This document shows, piece by piece, positions 11,637-23,559 of a stretch of 64,000 bases of DNA (position 1 is the first letter of the stretch; every line of letters begins with the position of its first letter). The stretch covers positions 88,598,001 to 88,662,000 of the forward strand of contig OZ296652.1 of the NCBI GenBank assembly GCA_965655095.1. Reading direction: 5' to 3'. Under the pieces are notes generated by a model. It made no database searches and had not been told where the DNA came from. It saw nothing but the letters and a program-made list of their open reading frames with translations. A program made the translations under genes and the position numbers. This DNA is from Haplodiscus bocki. Taxonomy: Eukaryota.

Positions 11637-12533
11637 ACGTCAAAAGCTGCAAATATAGTTTTCACAAGATGCTGCAGGTTATGCTTTGTTGCAAACCTTA
11701 GTCAGAGCTAGCAGTCTACTAGTATCAAAAGTGAAACAATTCTCGCTTTCAAAACCTTGGTATACAAAGTTTACTCTCGCCACGCGTAAATGCGTAAATT
11801 CAAGAGATTGGACGTTTTTTTCTAGATTCCAATCTAAAAATTGGTTTTTGGATCTGACATTTGTTGATGAACTAGTCTCAGATGTTACCAGTGTAAATTA
11901 TTCTCTACTTCGTCAAAACTTGATTGAAAGAACCGTTGATGCAAAAAGATGGAAGAGAAATGATTCCGAAGAATCTTTTCGAGCATTTTATCATTGATTA
12001 AAAGAAAAAAATCGACCATAAATCATTTGGGCTGACAAGGGTACAAAATTTGCTGGAGCGTCTAAAAGAGTTTGCAGCGTAGAAGGAATTCAAATTTGTT
12101 CTGCAATGATTAACACAAAAGCTGCCTTCACTTAACGTACAACACAATCCCTGGTGAATGTTTTTTAACGTTTTTTGGAAGATCATGGATACAAATACAT
12201 ACACAAATTGTCTCAACTTGTCACAACCTTGAATTCCAGAGACAATTGCTCGATAGACTTGACCCAAAAAGAACAAGTTTTCGACGGTTTGTCCATTCTG
12301 TACAGCGATCCAGTACAAACTATAGAAAACCCAACTTTAGAATTAGAGATAGAGTTTGCATCGCCATGTCTGATTTACGTTTGAGGAAATGCTATAAATC
12401 ACAGTTTACTTAAAAACTTTTCTTTATTGTTACATGTCCTTTGAAAAACCCCCTTATAGACACAATAAAGGAAGAACGGAATGAGATTATATGTGGTAGT
12501 TTTTATCAAAAAGTGTCCATCAAAGGGATTCAA
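11633..12533 (+). pseudogene. Retroviral-type (rve, DDE) Maverick integrase, degraded
   Basis: KVKQFSLSKPWYTKFTLATRK; WFLDLTFVD (first Asp); IWADKGTKFAG (~12025-12057, second Asp); KAAFT*RTTQSL (Glu position is a stop); MEDHGYKYIHKLSQLVTTLNSR; C-terminal TIKEERNEIICGSFYQK. Confidence 0.9.
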
Positions 12534-12535
12534 CA

Positions 12536-13340
12536 ATGGATTTTCTTAGAGAAGAGTTGGTTTGTAGTTCATCTGCACAGCTGTTTGCAGACAATACACT
12601 CAGCTCTTCTACGAGATATTGCCAGAGCAACTGAATCTGGAACGTCAACGTGAGGTTCAATTTTTGGAAATAACCTACCTGTCATTGTATCAAATTGTCA
12701 CAGACAAAAAGTTCATGTTTTTCGATGAAAAACGTTCAGAAACGTCTGTTTTACTATCCCGAACCCGGTTTGAACCCTTCCACAACGAATTTTGTTGATG
12801 CCTTGAACACTCATTTTCAAGAAAGACACAAGCACTGTGAAACCTGTGTTACAGTTAGTGTCTCGGCGAACGCAAAAAGATGAATTTTGCTTTGCAAAAG
12901 AAATATCTGACCTTGTTTGCTTCAGTAACGATTTGGGTCACAATTTTGAAAGTATTGTTGGCGATGAATTTGGAGTGATTCTGAGTGAGAAAGGACCTTA
13001 GAAACCAGAAATTGCTTACAAAATTGTCAGCATACACCCTCTCATGATAAACAGAGGTCTGATTGGGTTCAATGTTACAATATTGATGGACAAACAAAGT
13101 CAACCTGGTTGCGTTGCTGTCCATTTACTTTTAAATTGAAAAAAGAACGTTTTAACCACTGAACAGTACATGAACTACCAGACTTTCAGTAACCTACATT
13201 TCAGACCGCTGCCCAAAAATTCTTTTCATAGTCTTCACAAAGACTTGACAGATATGAGCGATGAAAATATAACCTTTGGAGCTTTCGGTGTAACTCGACT
13301 TCTTTTGATGTTTAGAAAAGCTTCCAACATTCATTCCAAA
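12536..13340 (+). pseudogene. Minor capsid (penton) protein, degraded
   Basis: ELVCSSSAQLFADNTLSSS..LPEQLNLE..EV; YYPEPGLNPSTTNFVDALN; C-terminal MNYQTFSNLHFRPLPKNSFHSLHKDLTDMSDENITFGAFGVTRLLLMFRK, the pattern of Polinton minor capsid proteins. Confidence 0.8.
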
Positions 13341-13358
13341 CGAAGAAGACGCTACAAG

Positions 13359-13730
13359 ATGATTGCCTCAATACAAATGGAGATTCCTTACTTCAGAAGC
13401 CTTGATTGACAGCAAGGAATGGGTGGAAGGCGTTTGCTGCACTTGCAAAAGCTATTGAGAGAACAGCATTTCCATTTTCCTATTTCCTGAAGTTGTCGTC
13501 ACAGCTAAAAAACGTGTGGATGTTACTTTGTTGAAGTCTGCTGCGCCAGAAGTTGCAGATGTTTTTAAGGGTGAAAAAGATTTAAGACGGCAGCAAAGAC
13601 TGTGGGAATGCAAACATTCAGAAAACCAATGGGTTGTGGTTATAAACAGAGGAAAATCATTCCAACAATAACTATCAAACGGACCAGTCACCAGTCGGTC
13701 GTGGAGAGACGTTTTTACAAAAACTTTTCA
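13359..13730 (+). pseudogene. Small basic, Gly-rich virion protein remnant (putative membrane-active or core protein)
   Basis: MIASIQMEIPYFRSLD*QQGMGG..FAALAK..IERTAFPF..VVTAKKRVDVTLLKSAAPEVADV; located between penton and major capsid. Confidence 0.5.
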
Positions 13731-13756
13731 TTGTCCTTTTCGAGCAATTTCTGGTA

Positions 13757-14452
13757 ACACTCTGTAGCAGTTTCTTGGATTCTTGGAGGGAAAGTCCCAG
13801 TAGTTGAAGATGTCTTGTCGCCCCATGAACAGAAGTTTATCCGACGACAACACTCCATGAAAACTGCGTAGAGTTTGAAATTCAAACGGATCGAAAATAT
13901 TACGTTGATTTGCGTAAACTGTAGTGGAGTTCAAGGATTTGGATACTCTAGCAAAGATTTCGCTCATTCCCACCAGACAAAGTGAGTTAATTCAACAAAA
14001 CATTTCCGACGATTCTCCCAGTTCGTCGGATTGCTATTGGAATGATCAGAATTTCTACTTCCACTGGATCGTACACTGAAAATCCATTCTGGTATCAATG
14101 TTTTGATCTGAGACACTTTTGAATACTCAGAGGTGGTCAGCCATTTATAAACTTTGCTGCTGTTGATAATTGTCGCTTATACGTTATGACGATGAAAGCA
14201 ATGAACTTCCAAGATGATATCCCCCCTCTTCCAATTGATAAGTTCAGAGACCACTATCTAAAAGCGTTTGATCTGACTTCAATGCAAAATGGCACTGAAA
14301 TTTGTCATTACCCAGAACTGGATGGAGAACCACTGACCCTTGAGCTAAACGTTGTTTTTCCTCTAGAACACGTTATCGAACTAATTCTATTGTGAGAACG
14401 AAAGTCTTTGGTTACAGTTGAAGACTTCGGTGACATTTGAAAGAAAATCTAA
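13757..14452 (+). pseudogene. Major capsid (double jelly-roll, hexon-like) protein with a large internal deletion
   Basis: N-terminal GGKVPVVEDVLSPHEQKFIR..HENCVEFE..TDRKYYVDLR joined at ~13920 directly to C-terminal VEFKDLDTLAKISLIP.., FTGSYTENPFWYQCFDL, MTMKAMNFQDDIPPLPIDKFRDHYLKAFDLTSMQ...GEPLTLELNVVFPLEHVIELIL. Confidence 0.85.
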
Positions 14453-14453
14453 C

Positions 14454-14838
14454 ATGGACAGCGTTGCTCTCCAGTAAAGAATCAACCATATCCTTCTAGT
14501 GCAATGTCGGTTCTTTTGATCATTCCCTCAAACTTTGTCTCAAACTCTTCCTAATGAAGTTTTTGCCATATTAAGGACGCAACCGAGCGAATTGCTGGGT
14601 GAACATTGGTGAACGATGGCAAACTCTCATCACGAATTGTGTTTTTCAGACTGTCTCGAAAGCGAAACGTACAGTTTCTTCAAAAAACATTTCCAGCAGA
14701 TGTTGCCAGAACAGCTACAGACCTATCCCAGCGTTTGCGGTTTCAACACGATATATGCAGCTTTCCTTCTCTACACTTTCAGACAAAAAAATGATTGTTC
14801 ACTCTGATAGTGTACTTTCATTTAACAAATGTAATTAG
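14454..14838 (+). pseudogene. Adenain-like (C5 family) cysteine maturation protease, degraded
   Basis: FAILRTQPSELLGEHW (His), LCFSDCL (Asp), EQLQTYPSVCGFNTIYAAF (Gln, Cys); in-frame stops present. Confidence 0.85.
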
Positions 14839-17258
14839 TTCTTATTTTCGATGTAAAAGTGCAGGTCTTTCAATGTTTTTCTGATCATTTGTACTCTCTA
14901 ACTAACTACTTCAAACCTTGAACCCAATTTTAACAGAACATGGAGTCACAACAGTATCGGCAGGCATCATAAAATTTTCTCAGACGATATAATTAACTGC
15001 AGACGTAGTACTTGTCCGCAATGCGCTCGCGTGCTGCCCACAAAGTTCATCAAAAAATTTCGAAACATTTTCTCAAAAAAACCTCAGAATATCAATGAGT
15101 TTTTAAACCCAATCCCTACCGTTACATTTTGCAAAAATCTTTTAGCCTAACCTAAGACATCGCTGTAAAAGCTTGATAGATTGCTGAACACTCTCGGATT
15201 TTGTCCGAAAATGAAAAATTGTCGGCAGCTAATCAGAATCAAGCACGAAAACCCTTGAACATCGTCAGCAAATCAAAATCGAAAATCACAACGACGAAAA
15301 AACACCCGAGAGACCTCGGTGGGCCGAATTTTTTGATAGACGGAACTTTTTGCTGGCAAGTTTTTGCCCCAAAAAAAATAGAAAACCTAGGCTTTTTTCA
15401 GTGGACTAGTGTTACTCTGTTGCACTTCTCTTGCTCAAAATCCCATGTAGGGCATCCCAGTAATGGTTAGGTGATGCAATATGACACGTTAGTTGCATTC
15501 AGTCTTCAGCCGATCTTTTTCTAATTGTTCACAGTGTTTTGACCGAAAATTTTTGAGGAAGAAAATGAATATTCAACAAACTATCTGCATTGTCTGAAAT
15601 TTAGCGCATTCAGCATGCCTCAAGAAGATGCATATCAACTGAATTGAAAAAAAGTTCAAGCAATATGTACAGAAGTGAGTTTTGATGCAGGTTTGGACTG
15701 CGAACGAACTTTTCTAATGGATTTTTCGCCGAAAATTGTTTAAAAAAAGGCTTCTCCAACCTTCGCGGACTCTTCCAAAAACTTTTACATTGGGTTGCAC
15801 AAACAAAAAAAAGTGAACTGGGCTTAGTGGTGCCAACTGGATTGCGTGGAGAAGCAGTCCAGAGCATTTCAGAGTACGCTCCGTCTTAAACAGCTAGTCT
15901 GGCCAAGGTGCTGTTTAAATGTCGAGAGTTTTTTTCATTTGTTGTTGCCCTGTGCGATATTTTAAAGCGACTCTCACCACCTGGAAAATTTTCTCGAGTC
16001 TGTGTCGTCTAACAACTCTCAACATCTTCTGAGTGCCCATGTCACCATGGGGTGGTGCAGAAAGTCTGTTGGTCGCTGGGAAAATTTATCGATAAAAGGC
16101 TTTTTGGGAAGATTTTTTGTTTCCGGATTCGTATCTTTTCACCTGACACCTAGTTGTCAATTTTTCGAAATTTGCTGCTCTGAGACGGTATTTGGTAAAC
16201 GTTGGCTGGCTTTTGCTTGTCTTTGAGATGATAATTTTTTTCTCAGCTGGATTTTGTTTGAAGTTATGATAGTTACCTTGAACCTCCGCTGTTTTCTCAT
16301 GTTGTTTTCTGCCTAATATCTTCGAATTTTGCTACAGGTTCTCTGGCTTTGCATAAACATGTGGTCAGTGTTGTAGTCAAGAGGTTGAGTACCTTAGCGA
16401 TCCTTGCGTTAAGCACCTTGGCCCTTATGTTTTTTATTTTCTCTCGTTCTTTTTGGAACGAAACATTTTTTGTAAGTTGGCGATGTTTTGATGATCAGCC
16501 ACGGAGAAATTGTATGAATTCAATAGCAGTTCGAAAATGTTTTTCTGTTGACGTGGCCGATTTGATTTGGCGTTAACTTTTTTTCACGGCCATGTCATTT
16601 CAGTTAGAGATAGAAACGTCGTTTTCATCATTATGCTTGCTTGAAGACAGTCCACTCTACGTCCCTAAGTTTTTACCTTTTCTTTCTTCTGTTACAATTG
16701 ATATTTTTTGAAACTTTTCATGGTAAACGAAATTTTCAGCAACAGACCACAGTTTGATGAAAATCGTCAAAAACCATTCTGGATTGAAACGTCTAAATTT
16801 ATGGAAGATTCTTCTGAGACATTTTTATTAGAGTCGATTGACAGACCGAGAAGGGCTGAATTTAAATTCTTAGTCTGGAAAAAGCCGATTCTTGTAATCA
16901 GTTTTCTTTTTCTACGATCACAATGTGTTGCAAGCTTTTCCTCTGAACTTTTATCCCTAGAACCGCTTTTACAGCATGCCAGTTCAGTCAAAAACAAACA
17001 CGCACAAGTTCTCAAAAACACCAAAGGGTCCCCCTTACGAAGTTTTTCGCAAATGTGAGACAAAAATCTTCGACTAAAAAATTTGCGTCAAATTTTTGTG
17101 ATACATCCTCCACGGCTTAGCCAAATGTTCGCGCCTGGCAGATGGGCAGCGCCGACTTTGAGCTGCTTTCGGCTTGATCTCGTTATTTTCCTCATTAATC
17201 GCAATCGGACCCTCTGCCTAAGCGTTCCACTGAGATTGTATCCTTGTCTCTGTTCCAG

Positions 17259-19429
17259 CTCTTGATTACGAGAAAACTGAAACTCTGGAACGTAGAGCAG
17301 TGGTCAAGAATTTGCTTCTTCAACAGTGCGAGAAGGCAAACATCGTGCTTTGCGATGAAAGTACTACGGCAACACAAACATTTTTGATGAAAAATTTAAG
17401 ATCGAATCAACATATCGTTTTATTCTCATCACTGAAAACCAGCCCGACAAAACACCAACCTACAACAATGGAGAAACTCTTAGGATCTTGTCTCCGCTCA
17501 ACTTGTCAGATAGCACGTTTCGCAAACAGTTATATTGAAAATGGGCCTAAAAATATTATACCAGCTTTTCCGTCGAACAATTTGGAAGGTGAAATTGTTG
17601 ACATTAGTTTCGTAAAAGACGATGCCTCTACGTACGATATTTTTGTTGCAAAGTGCTATGACGCAATTCGAGAGAACGTAGAAAAAATAATGGGTGCTGA
17701 CCACGTCCTAGTTGTTCCTTTTATGGAAACGGATGTTCTCGAAAAGTTGATCAAAAGACTGGAATATGGAAATATTTCTTTTTACTGTCATTTGGAAGGT
17801 TTGCTTGGTCCTGAGCATCAAAAACAAACCACAAGCAGTCATTTCAAGCCAGATGTCTTTCTCTGTGACCCCTTCAAAATTGAAGGTTGCGAATTCCCTA
17901 TCGTTTTGATTCTGATAGATGCTAAAGATTTGGAGACATTCAAGTTTAATCTAGACGGTAATAAATTCACCACTGCCATTACTAGAGCTTCACTTAAAGT
18001 GAAAATAATTGTGAATCATTTCAAAAATGTTGACGATGAAAGAGTGGATACAGTATTAAAAAAGGTACACGACAAAAAAATACAAAAATTTGTCGACGAA
18101 AACGGCAATAAGACTACGGGAAAGACAACGGTTCTCATTGTCGGCAAAAAACCACAGAACTTACATTTATGGAAGAAAAACCTCAACGAAGAATCCATTC
18201 CCAACGTTGACAACATATCGCTTTACGTTGGTAATCAAGGAAGTTTCCTTCACCTTGACGACATTTATTTGGAATCCGATTTTCTAAAATTGCAACAGTT
18301 TGGAGTTCAAAAAATTTTGCTTACAAACGAAAATGTTTCAAGTTTCTGGCATTACTTCTATGTATATGCATCTGCCTTGTGTATATCGAACTTTTGCTAT
18401 AGTAATCCGAAATCTTTCGCGCTAGCAGCTCACCTTTACAACCCCAAATTAATGAAATATCAAGTGAACCTGCATCTTAATTTTTTACAATATCAATCAG
18501 GAGACTACTCTGTGAAAATTCCCAGCTTTTGGTTAGATTTTGAGACAGAACCCATTCCAAAGCTCCATGGAGATAACTGGAAGACTTGGAAATCAAAAGC
18601 TGAAGAATTGATGAGATTTGGTGCGGCAACTCCTGCAGTTCATCTCTATGAGTGTTGTATCAAACTACTTAAGCAGCGATTAATTTCTAATGACGAAACG
18701 GAAGACAGCAAATTAGTGGTTGACGAATTGGTCTCTTTATCAACAACTGCTTCAAGAATTTATCTAGAACACACAAATGATATTGTTGAAGGAAGTAAGT
18801 TCGGATATGATTTTCGAGAACTTGTGGAGCAAGATTGTTTCATCAAAGCTTACAGAAACGTATTCAGTGCTATCAGATGGAAGCCACTCAGTCAAGAAGG
18901 GTACGGGATAACTACCAAGATAATGGAAAAAATTAAAGAATTCGCTGAAACTTCTGCTCATTCAACAGAGATTGCAAAACGAACAAATGAAGACAAACTG
19001 AGGAAAAATATCTACACATTTCGACAAGCTCCACTGTGTCCATTTACTGAAAATCACCCAGATTTTGAACATCAAATGAATGAATTGGACCACCTTGTCT
19101 CTGATTACGATGCGAACCGATTTGAAAAAAGGAAAAGCATTAACGCGCTCATTGCGCTAAGAAAAGACATTTCCAGATTAACTAGGAGCGCGTCTGAAGC
19201 TGCTTTTGGCAAAATTTTGGAGCAGTATGTTTTAGATACACCGGCGAAAGAATCTTTCCAGGTGCAGTTCACTGCCACAACTCAAATATTCGACTATTCA
19301 GTACAACTGGGATTGGAAGCGTTATACTGGGATCCTTCAGACCCAAAATGCAAACAAATCTTGCTCTCAGCCCTTGAGCACTTTGAGCTTAGCTGTGAAC
19401 GTTTGAAGATTTCATCATCCTTTGTATAA
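17259..19429 (+). CDS. Probable 3'-terminal exon of a host gene: SF1 (UvrD/Schlafen-like) helicase C-terminal part plus TPR-like helical region
   Basis: Open frame of ~720 codons (track ORF 17300-19429 starts at GTG). Pyrimidine tract plus CAG acceptor (TCCTTGTCTCTGTTCCAG) ends at 17258; in-frame stop upstream at 17231. Motifs: NIVLCDE (Walker B), LGSCLRSTCQIARFAN (motif IV), IEGCEFPIVLI (motif V), TAITRAS (motif VI); WKSKAEELMRFGAATPAVHLYECCIKLL is TPR-like. No Walker A in this exon. Confidence 0.8.
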
Positions 19430-19890
19430 ACTGAGAAATTCTAGTTTAGAAGATGAGTAATTTTATTCAAAAGTAAATAATCAATCATCATGATTTTTAT
19501 AAAAATGTGAAAAAATTTGTAGATATTTAACGAGTTTATTTCTGTGAAAATGGTATTTTACATCCAAAAGTTTAACACTGTGAACCTAACCAATTTAACT
19601 AAGAGACCATAGGTAAATAATGAAAAAAGCCAACTTTTGAGTTTGCTCTATGTTGTTTGTAGATTTTTGAAACAACGCTATGAAAACAATACCGGAGGGG
19701 GGGGGGAAATGTCGGTAGAATGACTTCATGAATTTTTCGTAGAATGTGAAAAAACATTACATTAAAATCGTCGAGAAACTATCACGCTACACATTTACCA
19801 GTGTTAGTTGTTGCATGGGTTGAAATAACACTCGTCAAATCTATTAATTTCTCTTAATCTGAAAGATGCTATTTATGCACCTTTTTGATA

Positions 19891-20617
19891 CCCGGGTCGA
19901 AATTTTTTTGAGATTTGCCGCTATTTTTCTGAGATCCCCGGTAATTCCGCTGATGCTGCCGTTAATCTTCTAAGAACCGCCGATGCGCCGTTATCGTAGA
20001 ACTTCTGCAGAAAATTGAGGTTGACCGCCGCTATTCTTTAACAAAAAGCCGTTATTTCCGCCGATATCCCACAAAAAACGCCGGTAAAATTTTTTGATAC
20101 TGATGCAGAAAAAGGCATACCCAATCGGAAAATCAGATTTCCCCAAAAGAAAAACGAAAGACGTTGCAATTTTTTTTCAAAATGCAGGCCATCGTACTCC
20201 GAAATCTTCGCCTAGAAAAGTCAGTCAAAAAAGTGGAAAAATCAAATTTCATACAAAAAAAAGAGACATTCGATTCCATCATCATCAACTTTGTCTATGG
20301 AAGGCAACATTGTCCGGCAACTTGATCTACGTTTTTTTTTTGACTAGCTAGTTGAGGAGGTCCGAAGTTGAAGACTTTCGCTGTTAATGTTGAACGACAG
20401 CGGCGAAAAATATATCGGCGAAATTTTGCTAAGATAGTGGCGATTCGACGTCCGCCGTTATTTTTCTAAGATATGGGTGGTAATTTATCGGCGGAAATTT
20501 ACTAAGAAATGCCGGTAACCGCAGTTATTTTTCTACGAATTACCGGCGGTTTTACGATTTTTTCACCGCCGATCTGTCGCGATCGTAGAAAACTTTCAGC
20601 CAAAATTTCGACCCGGG
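19891..20617. mobile_element. MITE with 16-bp perfect TIRs and TA target duplication (Tc1/mariner-type)
   Basis: CCCGGGTCGAAATTTT (19891-19906) and AAAATTTCGACCCGGG (20602-20617), flanked by TA (19889-19890, 20618-20619); internal CCGCCG/GCCGTTA subterminal motifs; no transposase ORF. Confidence 0.9.
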
Positions 20618-22734
20618 TATCATTTGTGGGATAGAAAGTATCTGATGCGCCCGTTTGATGTTGATATATATTTATGGCTTATGCGTGGCATTTCAAAGTT
20701 AATTCCCGCACATTAAGAACGGATTGGTGTCTTCATGTCTGACGTGTCAGGATTTTTTTCAAAATTTGTGTTGCGTTATTTTCTATTTTCTGTCACATTC
20801 ATAACAAGGGGCAAGATTAACTCCGGGCTATTTTCATAAACTCTTAATTCCTAATGAATTTGCTAAAACTGCGTTGTCAGAAGTAAGCAAGAAGCCTGTT
20901 TTGGGAATAACCGATTTCTTTCACAAAGTTTTTTTAAATGCACTGTTTGGCAATTTTCTTACCTTACCCTTACGAAAACAAAATCAAATTTTGTTCTAAA
21001 CTCTAAAAACAACCCTGAAAATTGGTCGAAAACATTTTTTTTCAGAGAACTAATATATGACACGCATTGTACAGAGAATATGGAAAAAATAAATTTGGCA
21101 AAAAAAATTTTTGACTGTTTTAAAAAACAAACCTGAAAGTTGAATGATTTCCTTTCCATTACTGAAACAAATCAGGAAAGCATAGACTTGGAAAATCAAT
21201 CAGGCAAGTCGTGTGCAAATATATGATTCGAAGTAGCAAGCCGTTAAGTTGGGTTTAAAATGCATATAAACTGCTAATATTTCCTAGGCAAGGATTTTTC
21301 AACCAAAATTTTTAAAGCAAAATTCCGAGCTGTTGTTGAAACTCTTGCATATAGTTCAGCCGGGATAGTGCTGGACAGCCGTGTGTATTTGAAGAGAGTC
21401 CCAATCCTTTGGAAAGATGATTGCAAGGCGATGAAGAAGTCACGGAAGCATGTGGAAACACTCCAGAGCCGTTTTTCAAGTCGGCGGAAAACGCTCACTC
21501 CCGACAGCGAGCCGTCTGCAAAAAGTCACTCATTGTCGTCCAGTCTGGTCTGCCTTTCAATCTTTCTGAACGTCGTCTGTCTTTAGTTCAGTCACCTGAA
21601 GCAAGAAAGCGATAGTGCTCTGAACATTCTGTGATCATCCATTTATCGAGGAAATCACATGGAAAGTTTTGGGCTTAAGCACATCTGGAAAATCTCAGCT
21701 AATGTGCACAAACAAGGGCTAACTTGCTGGCTATTTCCATTCTTTGTAGAGTTCTACGAAGCAGTCCTCAAAACTTTCTCACGATCTTCTTTGATTCCAT
21801 AATCAACTCACTGGTGCTCAAGAATCTAGTTATTATTTCCCAAATCATCATTATCACCACCGTAGATGATGGTGTGCTTTGCATCCATGTGTACAATTCC
21901 AATCCCTTATATTCAAGTCAGTTTAACGCTCTGTAATACTAACTGATTGGACCTCCCATTCCAGCGCACAATACAATGTAATGGTTACTGCTGAAGCTGT
22001 TATGTTACTACATTAATCTACTTTACCATTTATTCATTTTTCTTATTGATGCTTCATTTCTCTCTCATTTTTTTTTTCAATTAGGATCCACAAAATTCAA
22101 GAGGAGAGAAACAGCCGGAGTCGACAAGAATAACCATTCTTCTGATGCTTGTTAGAATTAACATTTGCTTATATATTTTGAACATGGGTCTTCAAATAAT
22201 TAATGACAAAATTCTGAAGAATCTATTATTGCAATAATTTTCTTGTCAAACATGGTTTCCATGAATTAGTGTACACACACGCCTAATGAAATGGAATACT
22301 GAATTAAACACCCAAACGGCTTTTGAGTTTTTAATCGGTCCTTGTAGTTAGTTAGGGGTCAATAACTGACAGGGTCTTTAATGAAGATCGGAGAACTTTA
22401 TAGAATTTGTCGCCAAAGGTATTAATTTCAATTAGCGGTAGCTAGCGATAGCTGTAAGGTAGAATGAAGACAATTGGCGATACTACGGAAACTGATTTGG
22501 CGAAAAGTACTTTTAGGAGTTTGCCAAATATTTGAATCAAATTTGAACAAGACACCCGGCTACCACCGGGATATTTTGCGCTCTTCAACTTTGTTAAAGA
22601 TGAACCAACTTTACTTTGTTAAAACGTAATTTTTGGAAAAAAAACTTATCAAATTTTTCACTTTCCGAATTTCAAAAAGTCTATTTTCGCAAAAGCTTGA
22701 AATAGGTGGAGAAAAGACATTTTAAAAAATTTCA

Positions 22735-23160
22735 ACTGCAAGTTTGCCACCTTTACTGATTTTAATAGAATCCAAGTTTTTCAAATTGCGAACGTATTTG
22801 AGAATTTTTTTATTTCACTTCCATTCTACGGCAAAGTTAATGTAATCCAGTGGAACAATTTGTGGAAAGAAAAATATGTTTTGTGAAAAAAATATAGTTT
22901 TTTATTTATTTTGGGACTCTGAGCGAAAAATGTTTCGACTTTTGGCGAAAAACATTCTTTAGGGAGGGTGGTCAGAAGTGCATTCTGCGTGTCCAGAGGA
23001 ACATTTCGAGAAAAAATAACTAACTTAATAACCTTACTAACCTTGCTAAACTTGCTAACCTGCCTACCGAATTTCCATACCAACCTAAAAAAAATGTTCC
23101 ATCTGAGAGGCAGATTTTGCCTCCCATATTATGATTAATATAGCGAAGAATAACAAAAAC
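22735..23160 (+). repeat. Interrupted copy of a dispersed ~300-bp repeat
   Basis: CATTCTACGGCAAA (~22822) and GTTCCATCTGAGAGGCAGATTTTGCCTCCCATA (~23096) match the copies at 23245 and 25845; ~230 bp of unrelated sequence lies between them. Confidence 0.55.
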
Positions 23161-23244
23161 TATTTTGATTCCTCAAAATGCAAACGATGTGTTTGAGGTA
23201 AGATAAATGAGGCGCGTTCTTGCAGGTTAGAAGGTTTCTCATCT

Positions 23245-23465
23245 AATTTTTTAAAAAAACCAAAATTCGTTTGTTTCGAGAAATCATACTCGCATTCTAC
23301 GGCAAATGTTCTACAATTTGGTCAAAAAAAATTTCACGATCAGAAACGTGAACGAACATTGTTTAACGTGAACGCAATTGGCAAAAATTGGGTTTAAAAA
23401 ACGTTCCATTTGAGAGGGAGATTTTGCTTCCCATAATATGAACAATATGGCGCAAATCAACAAAT
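23245..23465 (+). repeat. Dispersed repeat copy (same family as 25845-26146)
   Basis: CTACGGCAAAT..TACAATTTGGT..AAATTTCACG..CGTGAACGCAATTGGCAAA..ATTTGAGAGG.AGATTTTGCTTC shared with the 25845-26146 copy. Confidence 0.75.
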
Positions 23466-23559
23466 AAGAACGGCATTGAGTTTTGTACGCAATAGTTTTA
23501 GCTCAGTATACCAGGTTAAGTAAGGTCCATTAATATAAAATTCGGAAGTGGCGTGACAT

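Larger units (their letters stand above)
1..14950. mobile_element. Decayed Maverick/Polinton (adintovirus-like) endogenous element, left end outside the window
   Basis: Clustered remnants of pPolB (minus), A32-like packaging ATPase, rve integrase, minor and major capsid proteins and adenain protease (plus); all carry stops or frameshifts. No TIR identified; right boundary approximate. Confidence 0.9.

Noticed and set aside
14905-14910. ACTACT as the Maverick right terminus
   Set aside because: Only 6 bp, with no partner TIR or TSD checkable in the window.
17140-17180. GC-rich end motif similar to 29655-29691 (possible Helitron-like 3' hairpin)
   Set aside because: Similarity is short and degenerate, and no 5' end could be defined.
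17300-17302. GTG as the true start of a 709-aa prokaryote-style gene
   Set aside because: The frame is open further upstream to a splice acceptor, the domain begins mid-helicase, and the context is eukaryotic.
21350-22130. Possible small host exons (ORF 21368-21586; acceptor-like sites at ~21749 and ~22084)
   Set aside because: No consistent spliced frame or recognisable product could be assembled.
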